This document shows, one piece after another, positions 1-15,065 of a DNA stretch of 64,000 bases. The translations under genes and the position numbers were made by a program. The DNA is taken from NCBI GenBank assembly GCA_964016885.1, contig OZ024753.1:12958001-13022000 (forward strand). The letters run 5' to 3'. This stretch comes from Eledone cirrhosa. Taxonomy: Eukaryota. The notes under the pieces were generated by a model. The model searched no databases. It saw only the letters and a program-made list of their open reading frames with translations, and was not told where the DNA came from. Each line of letters begins with the position of its first letter. Positions within the stretch are counted from its first letter, which is position 1.

Positions 1-1119
1 TTCAACACACGCTTTCAGATAAGGAATCTCGCAAAGCAAATTCAAAAAAGAATTATATATATATATATATATAATTTGGGGTTGGAGACCTCTGGTGTTG
101 AGAACAAGACTGAAAGGACTGAAGACAGGAGGACTTTCCTTTCGGCCAATCCTTCATCAACAACCTTTTCCAGTTCCACTTGGAGACGATCAAGGAGTAT
201 ATAGATCAAAATCGAAGTGAAAAGGAGACGCAGATTGACAAAGTAATCTTTGAGAAGGTCACAGCATGTGTGTCGAAACAGCTTTGTTAATTTAATAACC
301 ATCTGGTTACTAAATCAAACGCAGAATGAATTGTTTAAGTGACTAGCAATAAAACTGAAGTGAAACACAAATGGCGTGTGTGTATATTTATATGTATGTG
401 CATTTGTATGTGTATACATATATGTATATATTTGTGCGTGAGCACGTCCATAACGCTTAGCAGACGATATATAAAAACAAAGCCGTGAGCAATAATCTAG
501 TACAACACGGAATACAAACAACAATATAACATTTAAAATGATTTTCAATAATCCCCTTTCTCATTCATAATTCCCCTTCATTTTTTCTTCTTCTTGTTTT
601 TTTTTCCCCCTATTTCCGAAATTATTTTCTTCGTTTCCATCGAATTCAATTTCACGATCAATTGTTCCTCTAATTCTTCTTCAATATCTTTATTCCATCC
701 TGTTTATTATTAAATCATTAATTCATTTTTCCACCATCTTGCATTATGTCTTTCAACAGTATTTATTATAAATGATGCGATATTAAAATGATATTATTTT
801 CGACTTTATTATTGCTATTATTGTTGTTGATGTTGCTATTCTTCTTAGTTTAGTTGTTGTTGTTGTTGTTGTTATTGTTATGTTTAATCCTCTTTGATTT
901 ATTTTCCTAATTTAGTCTTTTATCTCCTATATTTCGTGAAATACTCCATTATCTGTTATCCTGTTTAACAAATGAAAGGATCCGGGTTTTTCTGAAAGAT
1001 TTATTCAACACAAATTATAATTTTTATTTTCATTTGAAAGTGTTTTATTGTTATCAATAAATCTTTTGCATTATACTCATGTCATAGTTAGTAACAACAA
1101 CAATAAGAATAATCATGGC

Positions 1120-2002
1120 TTCTGATTGAGACACAAGGACAACAATGTGTGGGGGGAGGGAGTAGATTAAATCGATCCTAAGTGCATTACTGGTACTTTA
1201 TATTATCGACCCGGAAAAGATCAACTTTTTTTCCACCTTCCTGGCTTAATAAAATAAAGCACCAGTAATGCACTGGGGTCGATTTAATCGACTTTCCTTT
1301 CCCCACCAAAATTGTTTGCCTTGTGCCTAAAATATTAGCAGTATCGGTAGAGGTTCGGACGCCATGCTTTGACGTAAATCAAGGCACGGGTTCCCGAGAT
1401 ATGGGGTTTTTCCGCGTCCCTCAATAAATAGAAAGAGAGAAAGATAGAGATCAAGAGATAGTGGTTGAGAGAGAGGGAGTGAGACAGTGAGAGAGAAGGA
1501 GACAGAGAAGGAAAATGGAAGAGAGAGAGAGCTGTAAAATTTATTTTGAAGTGAACATGAATTTTTTTACATATTTTTAAGTGAACGTGACCTAAAGGGT
1601 CAAAGGTGGTCTAGCATCTTCTAAATAACCGCACCGAAGCACATGCACATGAAAACTTCAAAAACGTATCTATATATTAACCTATAGCCCAGGTACATAT
1701 ATTTTTGTTTTTCGATCCTGTGATATCTATGGCATTTCTTGGGCATTTTAAGCCGGATGGAGCCCATCCCTCCCCAGGCCTGAGTACAGCCGATTTCTTC
1801 TATAGAAGCATAGAAAATTAGAGATATTGAGGAACAGTTGACCCCAGCACTAGACTGGAACTTTTTTTATCGACACCGAATGGATGAAAAGCAAAGTTGA
1901 CCGCGATGGAATTTGAACTCAGAGAGTCGAACACCGAAACGTATACCGCAAAGTACACCATCCAACGTTCTAATGACTCTGCCAATTCGCTGCCTCGGGG
2001 CA
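1120..2002. mobile_element. SINE fragments (inverted tails 1120-1335; minus copy about 1830-2002)
   Basis: Same body motifs. Confidence 0.7.
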
Positions 2003-3169
2003 CATATATAACATCATAACTATAATAAAGGGAGGAGTGCGGGACTGCGTCCTGAATATATATTTTTTATCCCGTTAGTAAAATAAGTTGGATTACTTTG
2101 AATAAATAATGAATGAATATTACGTAATTTATCGACTAAATTTCGTAGCTGTTGATTAAACATAAATATTCTTATATATAATGATCGCTTATTTTAGATT
2201 CACTTCTTTTAAAATTTTCAAATGTCTACACTTCCGGTTAGAGTTCGTTATATCATAACACTTATTACATTCCTTATATAAACATCCATATATTTCGCAT
2301 CGTTATATAAGGTATATCATAATTTCACCGTAATGCAGTTTATATATAATATCGTCTTTTTTAAATGTATCATGGATTAATTTACTGATTACAGAAGAGA
2401 GTGTAACACAGTCTCTCTTCAATTTCTGTGCCTATTCTCAATTACGATTTTATTTGACATATCATATCTACATGCATTTATATTTGCATATAAAATAAAT
2501 ATGCACATTACACATGCGAGCAGAAAACCACTCGAGGATGGTTTTTCTGCTAGTATATATAATTCATGCATGTGGCCTCCAAACGATTCACTCTCACAAG
2601 TGATAGATGGCGATTATAATTCCACTTCATCTCTCTATGAATACGTAATAGTGAACCACCTACAGCAATGACGTCAACACTTCCATCACTTCCCTCTGCA
2701 ATAGTAATTGAACGACTCAATAGATAACATAACATTCAGAATAAGATATAATGTTTTCTTTCAGATTTTCGTTTGCTAAAAACACATAATTCACTTTATT
2801 TTTAATGAAAGAGATAGACCCAGCTCATTACTGATGATGAGGATGGAATGAAAGTTGAGGAAGTCCGGCAGACTGTTTTAAAATGAGAAGAAAGGAAAAT
2901 AAGAAATACATATAAAATTAAATAAAAACCGTTCTGTCAGACATCTTCAAAATTCGAAAAGTAAAAAAAAAACAGAAATTAAACAACGTGATTCCCTCAA
3001 ATATACGCTTATCAGAACCTCCAGAATGACGTTGTGTAACAAAATGTATGAATTGTAGAAGAGAAACTGACGTAATCTGTGGGTAAACTGGGAAAGAAAT
3101 TATTACAAATAACAACTCACATGTCAGACACTCTTACTTCTAGCAACCGAAGAACTATACGAAGTATAA

Positions 3170-3228
<59 letters not shown>

Positions 3229-3232
<4 letters not shown>

Positions 3233-3367
3233 AACAAGTAAGACCCCGACGGCTGAGCTCAAGCCGTTTCGACGGCTAATTCTGTACACATTTAATAAAC
3301 GTAATTCTGTACAGAATTAGCCGTCGAAACGGCTTGAGCTCAGCCGTCGGGGTCTTACTTGTTCCTA
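3229..3367. repeat. Foldback inverted repeat, about 60-bp arms
   Basis: TAGGAACAAGTAAGACCCCGACGG... and its reverse complement; family also at 4067, 24239, 26462, 51005 and 59828. Confidence 0.92.
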
Positions 3368-3444
3368 TTACCCACTCTACTACCCTAAGTATTGAGTACT
3401 TTGGTGCGTTATGGTCCACCTGGTTCCTTACCACATTTCCTTCG

Positions 3445-3492
<48 letters not shown>

Positions 3493-3501
3493 GAAGTATA
3501 A

Positions 3502-3613
<112 letters not shown>

Positions 3614-3764
3614 GAGTTAAACAAGATTCAATTAGTACATCAAAGAATGACTTTTACAGTAGATTGCAAGCACTCTACAAAAAATAATTTTCCAGAGTTA
3701 TTAATATTAAAATACAAATATTAATAAAATAGATGTTCTTTTGATCAATTAAATGTTATTATAC

Positions 3765-3954
3765 ATATTTCAGAGGTACAACAGTACGTCCTCATCAGAC
3801 AAAATATAATGATACATGACATACCCTGAGATGTTAAATGGTTAAGATTTAATCCAGGTAGTATTGATTAAATCTTAACCATTTAACATCTCAGGGTATG
3901 TCATGTATCATTATATTTTGTCTGATGAGGACGTACTGGTATACCTCTGAAATA
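3765..3954. repeat. Foldback inverted repeat, about 90-bp arms
   Basis: Near-perfect arms around an 11-nt spacer CAGGTAGTATT. Confidence 0.92.
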
Positions 3955-3989
3955 TTATAATAAAATTGAATTGATCAAATTTAATTTAA

Positions 3990-4069
<80 letters not shown>

Positions 4070-4476
4070 AAAATGTTTAATCCCAACGGCAGAGCTCAAG
4101 CCGTTTCGACGGCTATTTCTGGACGCTATTCCCCACTCTACTACCCTAAGTATTGAGCACTCTGGAGCGTTATGGTCCATCTGTTTCCTTACCATAACTC
4201 CTTCGTTATATATATATATATATTTTTATATATCCAGGGAGTGTAACGCAGAGTTACTGTAGGTTAACCCTCATGAACATTCGATGTTTAGGTCCCCGTC
4301 GGTATCGAGATGTAGAGCGAGAGAGAGTGAAGTATAACAAAACAAGGGCGAATGGTTACTCCTTCATTACGTTTATTAGTTGGTGACGCGCGTTTCACTA
4401 TTGGTCAGCTCAAGGTTCGATCTGTATCGATCTAGCCCGACTCTATAATCAATGGATCGTCTGACCTCTGTGGTAG

Positions 4477-4595
<119 letters not shown>

Positions 4596-4663
4596 TAGTA
4601 CACTGGAAGGTAATATCCGTAGTGGTAGAGCACTCAGTCCATGGCACGCGTTAGGTAGAAGTC

Positions 4664-4830
4664 GTTACACAACAGTTAGTTCACCATATTGAGAACAATT
4701 GTTTCACCTTAGCGGATCCTCAGCTCGTAATGGACATGGTTATACCAGGTCTAACCCTGTCCATTACGAGCTGAGGATCCGCTAAGGTGAAACAATTGTT
4801 CTCAATATGGTGAACTAACTGTTGTGTAAC
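4664..4830. repeat. Foldback inverted repeat, about 73-bp arms
   Basis: GTTACACAACAG...ATGGACA / TGTCCAT...GTTGTGTAAC. Confidence 0.93.
4768..4803 (+). ncRNA. Minimal hammerhead motif (mirrored on minus strand, about 4691-4726)
   Basis: gag-CTGAGGA-tcc(gctaa)ggt-GAAAC-AATT-GTT-ctc; palindromic loop III. Confidence 0.62.
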
Positions 4831-5449
4831 CACTGATTATATATATATATATATAAATGGGGATGCGTGAATCCTGATTTCGCTAATTAGGCTGTGGATA
4901 GCACTTTACTCCACTAAGCACGACGGCCGGGAGACCCTTTCTGGATCTCATATGTCTGCTGGACACACGAGCAGAAGGACGTGTGTTTTTTCCTGCCGGC
5001 AGCATATCACAAAATCGAATTTGATCTGAGGATACCGTTCTCATAACAACAACAAATGCATGAATTACATCTTGATTGCATGGGAGAACCGTTGAAATAA
5101 TTATAATGAATAAACGATTTATGTAACATGAGCATCTTTATTAATGTTCATCAACTACAAACTAAGAGTGTTGAGAGCTTTCTCCTGCTTGCTCCTGCAT
5201 TTAGCAAAACAATCTCTTCGGAACACACACATATATATATGTGTGTGCGTGTGTGCGCGTGTGTGTGTGTTTGTGTGTGTTGTGTGTGTGTGTAAAAGGT
5301 AAACAAAAATAACAACACAATCGGTACAGTATATGGAAGGAATATATTAGGTAAACGCTTGAAATAGCAGGAAGAGGGACTTAACGTTTCGGACGCTAGT
5401 CCTTCATCAAAAGAAAGAATGAGAAATAAGATAGATTGAAGGGCCACAT

Positions 5450-5513
<64 letters not shown>

Positions 5514-5603
5514 TTTATTAATAATAATAAATTTCAAGACTAAAATCCAAAGAGGGCTCGATAAGGATAAGCTGCGATTCTTTGCTTAAACTTTAATCTG
5601 TTA

Positions 5604-5717
<114 letters not shown>

Positions 5718-5718
5718 G

Positions 5719-5833
<115 letters not shown>

Positions 5834-5977
5834 TATATATATATAAATATACATATATATATATATGCGATGAAATACCAATGATGGTTGGAAAATCACT
5901 GACGAAGGACTATTTTTATCATATGTAACCCATGTGCAACCACGCAGTATTCTTCTTTCTTCTCATGTTTTTTATAT

Positions 5978-6010
<33 letters not shown>

Positions 6011-6085
6011 AATATATATAAAAATAACAGATTAAAGTTTAAGCAAATAATGGCACCTTTCACCCTTAACGGGATCTTCTTCTGA

Positions 6086-6160
<75 letters not shown>

Positions 6161-6234
6161 CATACATACATACATACATACATACATACATACATACATA
6201 CATACATACATACATACATACATACATACATACA

Positions 6235-6270
<36 letters not shown>

Positions 6271-6272
6271 TA

Positions 6273-6455
6273 TTGGATTGGCAGTATTGGTAGAGAGTCG
6301 GACACCATGCTTTGACGCATAGAGTTACGGCCCTTGCCATTCTGAGTTCAAATCCCGCCGAGGTTAACTTTACCTTTCATCCTTACGCGGTCGATAAAAT
6401 AAAGAACCAGTAATGTACTGGTTAATTCCTGGCGTTGTGCCCAAAGTAGAAACAA
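6273..6455 (+). mobile_element. SINE, same family as 31889
   Basis: Same head, B-box and body. Confidence 0.85.
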
Positions 6456-6456
6456 G

Positions 6457-6488
<32 letters not shown>

Positions 6489-6489
6489 C

Positions 6490-6522
<33 letters not shown>

Positions 6523-6568
6523 TTACATATATTATATATATATATATACATACACACACATATACATG

Positions 6569-6602
<34 letters not shown>

Positions 6603-6639
6603 TATATATATATATATAAACAATATATATATATAAACA

Positions 6640-6678
<39 letters not shown>

Positions 6679-6698
6679 AACAGTATATATATATAAAC

Positions 6699-6736
<38 letters not shown>

Positions 6737-6795
6737 CCGTATATATATATAACCAGTGCATATATATATATATAAACCGTATATATATATAACCA

Positions 6796-6840
<45 letters not shown>

Positions 6841-6866
6841 GTATATATATATAAACAGTGCATATA

Positions 6867-6903
<37 letters not shown>

Positions 6904-7239
6904 TCATATAAAATGAAGCAAGATATCTGTACACTTGTTTTACTATTCATAAAGCAAGTTTCTATTAACAGTGACTCTATGTGTTTAAAACAAACTCCCC
7001 GTTGTGAATGATTGGCGAAAACATTCTGATCCTTGATAGCCGAAGGGAGAAGTAAAGAGATGAGTAGATATAAAAGGAGAGATTAAATAGAAATGAGACT
7101 AATAGAGGAAATATGGCTGTTGAAATCTTTCAATGAGAATCAGTAGTGAAGGAAATGTTTAGAAGTCAGACATAGTGACTCGGGAGTGGATCGTAAAGGA
7201 TATAAAGAATTAATGTGAATTGCAGGCAGGCATATATAT

Positions 7240-7444
7240 CGGATTGGCAGTATCGGTAGAGGGTCGGATGCTATGCTTTCCAGCATAGTTACGTCCCATT
7301 ACGATCTGAGTTCAAATCCCGCCGAGGTCAACTTTGCCTTTCATCCTCACGGGGTCGACAAAATAAAGTACCAGTAATGCACTCGGTAATTTGCTGGCCT
7401 TGTGCCTAAAGTAGAAACAATTGTTAGAAACAAAAGGCCGTTGT

Positions 7445-7479
<35 letters not shown>

Positions 7480-7652
7480 CGGTAAATATTATTGTTTCTA
7501 CTTTTTGGCACAAGGCCAGCAATTAACCAGTGCGTTACTGCTACTTCATTTTATCGACCCGGTAAGGATGAAAGTCAAAGTTAACGTCTGCGGGATTTGA
7601 ACTCAGATTATACAGGGAGGTAACTCTATGCTTCAAAGCATGGCGTCCGACA
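7240..7652. mobile_element. Two SINEs tail-to-tail (7240-7422 plus, 7490-7652 minus)
   Basis: Same family, inverted pair around (GA)n. Confidence 0.85.
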
Positions 7653-8665
7653 ATGAAGGTAAGAATACGGAAAATAAACTCAGAGGAAAAGATTAATAAA
7701 AAGGAATCGCTTAGACTGGGAAAACAGGGTATTGTAGATAATGGCTAAGACATGAAGAATTCTTTATAACGAAAGACTGTGCGAACGTAAAACTTTGCAA
7801 AAGTGTAGAAAATAATATTTACCAAACCTAAAAATATAAAATGAAGGAAAACAAAGAAAATATTGTAGTGAGATTATAAAAATAATTTAACATGAATATG
7901 AAGCTTTTAATATGGAAACGATTTCTTGTGAATGTAAAATAGCCTCATACTTCAACACATTATATCAAAATATTATATATTTCAATTTTTTGACAGCCAA
8001 GGACATTAAAGTTGTTTAAGATTAGAAGATTGCATTTCAGTTTGTTATATGAAAATTAGTGTTTTCATAAGCGGCTGTGGTAGAAAATAACAGAGAATCA
8101 GTAGAGTAACGAACGAACTAACTCATAAAGTGTAGCTTCAAATATATTTAGTTAAAATCTGTTCTAAGCCCGAAGGCCCATCAGGCTAATACTTATCCCG
8201 CTTTCATTGGGGTTAAGCGACTAAGAGTACAAGATACTTCCTGTATAGAACGCCAGTCTATCGCAGGTTTAACTCGTCCAGTAACTCCTGGTACTCAATC
8301 TTAACTTAGTGTACTGGAGCAACGTGAAATAAAGTGTTTTGTTCAAGAACACAACGCAGCAGCCTGTCCAGGAACCAAACCGATGACGTTACGATCATAC
8401 GTCAAGCACCCTAACCATTAGGACACGTGACTTCACCTAGCTTCAAATATATTTTGTTTTAATCTCTAATGCTGTTTGAATTAACTTTCACAAAAGCAAC
8501 TACCCGCAATAAAATGACATCGTTTTATTTGAGGCTACTCAAACTTCTACAAATGTTTTCTTTCTCCAGTTGGAAACAATCAACTCTTAAAGAAAGCAGT
8601 AGAATACGGAATTATCATTAAAGTTTTCGTTTGAAGAAATATTTCATAAATCAATAAACTTTATT

Positions 8666-10510
8666 TCTCCGAATTGAGAGATCACAGCTCCGATACTGTG
8701 GACATGTAGTTAGAATGTCTCAGGAAAGAATCTCTGAATTGAGAGATCACAGCTCCGATACTATGGACATATGGTTAGAATGGCTCAGGAAAGAATCTTT
8801 GAATTGAGAGATCACAGCTCCGATACTATGAACATGTGGTTAGAATGTCTCAGAAAAGAATCGCTGAATTGAGAGATCACAGCTCCGATACTATGGACAT
8901 GTGGTTTGAATGGCTCAGGAAAGAATCTCTGAATTGAGAGATCACAGCTCCGATACAATGGACATGTGGTTAGAATGTCTCAGGAAAGAATCTCTGAATT
9001 GAGAGATCACAGCTCCGATACTATGAACATGTGGTTTGAATGTCTCAGGAAAGAATCTCTGAATTGAGAGATCACAGCTCCGATACTATGAACATGTGGT
9101 TAGAATGTCTCAGGAAAGAATCGCTGAATTGAGAGATCACAGCTCCGGTACTATGGACATGTGGTTAGAATGTCTCAGGAAAGAATCGCTGAATTGAGAG
9201 ATCACAGCTCCGATACTATGGACATGTGGTTAGAATGTCTCAGGAAAGAATCGCTGAATTGAGAGATCACAGCTTCGGTACTATGGACATGTGGTTAGAA
9301 TGTCTCAGGAAAGAATCGCTGAATTGAGAGATCACAGCTCCGATACTATGGACATGTGGTTAGAATGTCTCAGGAAAGAATCTCTGAATTGAGAGATCAC
9401 AGCTCCGATACTATGGACATGTGGTTAGAATGTCTCAGGAAAGAATCGCTGAATTGAGAGATCACAGCTCCGATACTATGGACATGTGGTTAGAATGTCT
9501 CAGGAAAGAATCGCTGAATTGAGAGATCACAGCTCCGATACTATGGACATGTGGTTAGAATGTCTCAGAAAAGAATCGCTGAATTGAGAGATCACAGCTC
9601 CGATACTATGGACATGTGGTTTGAATGGCTCAGGAAAGAATCTCTGAATTGAGAGATCACAGCTCCGATACTATGAACATGTGGTTAGAATGTCTCAGAA
9701 AAGAATCGCTGAATTGAGAGATCACAGCTCCGATACTATGAACATGTGGTTAGAATGTCTCAGAAAAGAATCGCTGAATTGAGAGATCACAGCTCCGGTA
9801 CTATGGACATGTGGTTAGAATGTCTCAGGAAAGAATCTCTGAATTGAGAGATCACAGCTCCGATACTATGAACATGTGGTTAGAATGTCTCAGAAAAGAA
9901 TCGCTGAATTGAGAGATCACAGCTCCGGTACTATGGACATGTGGTTAGAATGTCTCAGGAAAGAATCTCTGAATTGAGAGATCACAGCTCCGATACTATG
10001 AACATGTGGTTAGAATGTCTCAGAAAAGAATCGCTGAATTGAGAGATCACAGCTCCGATACTATGAACATGTGGTTAGAATGTCTCAGGAAAGAATCTCT
10101 GAATTGAGAGATCACAGCTCCGATACTATGAACATGTGGTTAGAATGTCTCAGGAAAGAATCTCTGAATTGAGAGATCACAGCTCCGATACTATGAACAT
10201 GTGGTTAGAATGTCTCAGGAAAGAATCGCTGAATTGAGAGATCACAGCTCCGGTACTATGGACATGTGGTTAGAATGTCTCAGGAAAGAATCTCTGGACA
10301 GATTTTACGGGCAAAACCAGCAGGTAGGAAACCCAGGTGTAGACTCTGAGCAAGATGGTTGGATAAAATCCATGAGCTTGGCTGGTCACGCTTGGGGATA
10401 CAGCCGGATAAGTTGGAGATGGCTGCTTTTAACAGGACTCGCTGGAGGGAGTGTTTGAGTACTCTGCCCCCACGACCCCAGGGATATGTGGGCGAAGAAA
10501 AGAAGAAGAA
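8666..10510 (+). mobile_element. 5'-truncated RTE-clade LINE (Rex3/Expander-like 3' end) with tandemly amplified 5' junction
   Basis: Translates LRIERSQLRYYGHVVRMSQERISGQILRAKPAGRKPRCRL*ARWLDKI...LPPRP; (GAA)n tail; candidate 10-bp TSD AAACTTTATT at 8656-8665 and 10509-10518. Confidence 0.8.
8671..10295. repeat. 65-bp tandem array, 25 copies
   Basis: Unit GAATTGAGAGATCACAGCTCCGATACTATGGACATGTGGTTAGAATGTCTCAGGAAAGAATCGCT; starts at 8671, 8736, 8801 ... 10231; no spacers. Confidence 0.97.
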
Positions 10511-11699
10511 ACTTTATTATTAAAATGAAGTACAGAATGGTGAACATATTTGATGAAAACCCAACTAGGTTCAAAATTCGATTAAAGGTGTTTATAGCAT
10601 TTTTTCAATTTACAGGAAAATTCGAATTTCTGACATGTTTAAATATCTACTGTATATAATAACAATGTGTATATTTATATACACCTTGGCGCAGTCTCGG
10701 TTACCCAAACTGTATATACACAGATATAACTTTACAAACATACATGTATGTGTGTTTGTGTGTGTTTGTATGTGTGTGTGTGTGTATGTGTGCGCGTGTG
10801 TGTATGTGTGTGCCGCTTACAATGAAGAATGTTCTAGTTGATTCGATCAATGGAACAGGCTGCTCTTGAAGTTGACCTGCATCCCATGGTCATGTATCCA
10901 ATTAACCCAGTTCTCATGAAGATTCAACGGGATGCCCTGTGTCGCGCTAAATAACAGACCCTTTGAATTACCGGTACAATGTTTTTCCTATATCTATAGG
11001 ACTAGAGCAACGGGATATAAGGTGTCTTGTTTAAATATTTCTAGTGTTTTCTCTGAAGATGGTCTCTGTTCTTCTCAAGCTAATACTGAACTGGCGCATT
11101 ACTTTACAGCCCCAGTACGATAAATGCCAGAGTAAGCCTCGATAGGTTTTCAACTCCGGCTGTATAGAACGGCAACTAAATACTGCTAGTATTTACCATT
11201 AAATGCCAATGATAAATATTTTTAGGGAAATTTAAATTTGATTCAATATATCGCATGGTCTAATTTGTACTTGCCCTTTGACTACGAAATAAATATAAAC
11301 ATACGAAGCTAAAAAGTCACAATTCAATTCCCCCAATATATGTTGTCCGATGATCTACTGATTTTGTCAATCTACCAACTTTGCAAACCCATCAAACATG
11401 ACATTCAGTAATAAGGAAAGTATATTCTCTTCTACATAACAACCGTTCATATTGATAAATCTACTAAGTCCTTAGAAAATTAATATGACCTATATCACGC
11501 ACTTACTACATAAAACCAGCTAATTGTGTAAACAAAGGCAACTATTATATAAACATAATACCATAGAAATCATGAGTTTCAAAATTCAATGCTTTATGAC
11601 GTATTGATGTATTAGAAAGGAAATCGATTTGTAAATCTAGCCATTGAATTTACTGTTATAGAGTAATACAAGAAGACATTAATGGGCTGAAGAAACTAA

Positions 11700-12257
11700 G
11701 AATAATTGTTTCTACATTTGACACAAGGCCAGCAATTATCCAGTACATTACTGGTACTTTATTTTATCCACCCCGTCAGGATGAAAGGTAAAGTTAACCT
11801 CGGCGGGATTTGAACTCAGATCATAAAGGGCCGTAACTCTTTGCTACAAAGCATGACGTCAGACCCTCTACTGATACTGCCAATCCACCTCCCATAAAAT
11901 AAAGTACCAGAGATCATTGTTGGCATTGTGCCAAAACTAAAAATAATGGTTTCTAATTTGATTTCTGATTTAGGCAAAAGTTCAACAATTTTACGGGAGG
12001 GAAAAGTCGAGTGATCCCAGTAAATAGACTCCAGTGTGCTACTGGTAATATATTTTATCGCCCCCTGTGAGGATAATTGTTTCTACTTTTGGCACAAGAC
12101 CAGCAATTATCCAAGTACATTACTGGTACTTTATTTTATCGACCCCGTAAGGCAAAGTTAACTTCGGCTGGATTTGAACTCAGGACGTAAAGGGATGTAA
12201 CTCTGTGCTGTAAAGCATGACGTCCAATCCTCTACCGATACTGCCAATCCACCGCCC
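11700..12257 (-). mobile_element. SINE cluster (11700-11890, 12074-12257 and partial tails)
   Basis: Reverse complement of the same family (GGATTTGAACTC B-box). Confidence 0.85.
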
Positions 12258-13059
12258 GCTGTAAGGATAATGAATGGTGAAATGTACACAAAATAGGTCG
12301 AAAAACGCGAAGAAAATTTCCAGAAGAAAACGTTAGTCGTTGATGACGAAAGATTCAGGTAAACCATGTTACAAGGCCAACGATAAAGATATGGATAAAG
12401 CTGAAGTTTCACGAGTAGTAATGGTATGTGTATATATCTGATTGTGTTTGTTAAAACGTTTAATGGAGGCGGATTTATACGTCCCGCTTCTTGATAACAA
12501 TCGATGAAGCTTAATAATTATTTTAAGTGTCATCAGCTCTCAAATAATGGCAGGAGGAAATATATTACATACAAGCAGGATTATGTTTACTATTGTTTTA
12601 CATTTCTTTGAATTTATCCCTCAAGGAACGTATTTCATGAAGTTATTATCCTGTTTTAGAAGCCTACATAAACATTAACTTGACTTATATATTAATCCTT
12701 TGAATACAATAAGATGAACATTTTGTTGTATTTTAAATTGTAGGGTTCTTTTTATTCACACGAAAATCAAAAGACAAGGGATATAAATTTTACACGATAC
12801 TCATGGCGAATGAATGATTATGTAATGAAATAAAAAGTCTTAACAAACAATATAACTAAATATATTCCAGGGAAACATGAAAATAAATACAATGATATTA
12901 TGAAATGGAAATGAAGATTACAAAACGTTAATGTTGCTATTGTGATGTGTGAGACTTTAGTCAGGAGAGCTGTAATATCTACAATACTGGGGACAGTTTT
13001 CAGCCATATCCTGAAAATTGTATACATATTTATTGATCTACACATATATACGCCCTTAT

Positions 13060-13354
13060 ATGTACATACATACAATCACATATATACATTCAATCACATA
13101 CATACATACATACATACATACATACATACATACATACATACATACATACATACCTGCATACATACATACATACATACATACATGCATGCATACATACATA
13201 CATACATACATACGTACGTGCATACGTACATACAATCATACATACATACATACATACATACATAAATGCATACATACATACATACATACATACATACATA
13301 CGTACGTGCATACGTACATACAATCATACATACATACATACATACATACATACA

Positions 13355-13388
<34 letters not shown>

Positions 13389-13579
13389 CGTAAATACATA
13401 CATACATACATGCATGCATACATACATACATACATACATACATACGTACGTGCATACGTACATACAATCATACATACATACATACATACATATATACGTA
13501 CATACATACATACATATATACGTAAATACATACATACATACAATCACATTCGTACATACAGCTACACACAATCATATGC

Positions 13580-13670
<91 letters not shown>
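13060..13670. repeat. (CATA)n and (GT)n microsatellites just upstream of GRL-1
   Basis: Seen directly. Confidence 0.95.
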
Positions 13671-13671
<1 letters not shown>

Positions 13672-13798
13672 CACTGAAAAGAAAGGTATATGGTATATAA
13701 TTTCATGAAGAAGAAATCGCAGTTTTAGCGGTTGTAGTTTTGCGCGGAGAAATATTTATATATTATAATAATTTTGTGTTATATAGCCACGAATTAAT

Positions 13799-14815
13799 AT
13801 GCCAAGAGTATTTACAGTTAGATCCTTAATGGACAAAACCACACAGCCAACATACCCTGTCATTAACCCTACACGGATGAAATTACAGGAGACAATTTTG
13901 AAGAACATTTTTAAAAATATTCAAAATTTCTACACGGTAGTAAATATGAAAATGAATTTAAGTATTTGGCGTTCGTACAACTGGAAGAAACGTAGTTTCT
14001 ATTTGTTTCGCCTGTTTATGATTATTTTATATATATTGGAGTGTATGCGATGTATCATTTATACAGTTATGTCTCCCGAGTTAGTGTTTTCAACTATAAT
14101 ATTCAATTCCTTTATTTCTGGACGAAATGTTGTTGTTCTTTGCTTAATATGTGATACTGTATATAAAGCTGACATGTACATTGAAGTCATTAAAAAATGT
14201 TCCCAGTTCAAACCATTTGGATGTAATTCAAAATATATTGAAACCTTATACAAATATTCGCGATGGAATATGTATATATTGACAATATTATTTGTAATTA
14301 TTCTTTTCATACTGAATTCATGGCCTTTTATAATGGATAACAGCATCAGTTTCATTAAAATATACACATATCCTATGTCAGAAGATACGACATATTTCAG
14401 AGGTGTTTGTTTTTTTAAACACATACTACATCTGCTTGACATAATTCCTTTCATTGTTTACATATTTGCATTGAAGATAATGCTAAATATTATATTCAAA
14501 GAATTCCGGATTATGTCTGAGCGTCTCAAACAGTATGGAGCTAACGACAATCTTACAAAGGATGCTGTGGATATTATAAATTTATGTAAACATTTTCAAG
14601 ATATGTGTCACTTTCTCGGGTTGACAAATATATTGATGCAAAAGCCAATATTGATGTTTCTTGTTATCAGTCAAATTTTGATTTATTCTACTATTTATGG
14701 GTACATAGTTAGATTAACACACGTACCAGAATTTTTATATATATTGACATTTTGTGTCCTTTGTAATTTTCACGCCTTGGAAGTGTCTCTCAAAGGTATC
14801 AAATTAAACATGTTG
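13799..14815 (+). CDS. GRL-1 (gustatory receptor-like 7TM ion channel) exon 1, 339 codons, approx. TM1-TM6
   Basis: Long non-repetitive ORF with several hydrophobic segments and the GR-like motif EF...HFQDMCHFLGLTN. Ends ...KGIKLNML|GTATGT (phase 0); the ORF track runs on into intronic microsatellite. Confidence 0.85.
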
Positions 14816-14884
14816 GTATGTATGAAAAAATGTATTCCTTTTGCTTCCGTTTGTGTCTTAATCCATCTATCTATCCATATCTCC

Positions 14885-14941
<57 letters not shown>

Positions 14942-14988
14942 TATCTATCTATTTTTATATATACATATCTATCATAACTACCGATTAA

Positions 14989-15021
<33 letters not shown>

Positions 15022-15022
15022 C

Positions 15023-15065
<43 letters not shown>

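Noticed and set aside
8671-10295. CRISPR array
   Set aside because: Contiguous 65-bp units with no unique spacers, no cas genes, eukaryotic context; the unit is LINE-derived.
14816-14977. C-terminal tails of the three long ORFs (also 37192-37251 and 63154-63216) as coding sequence
   Set aside because: They follow aligned phase-0 GT donors, are not conserved between paralogs, and in GRL-1 run into simple repeat.
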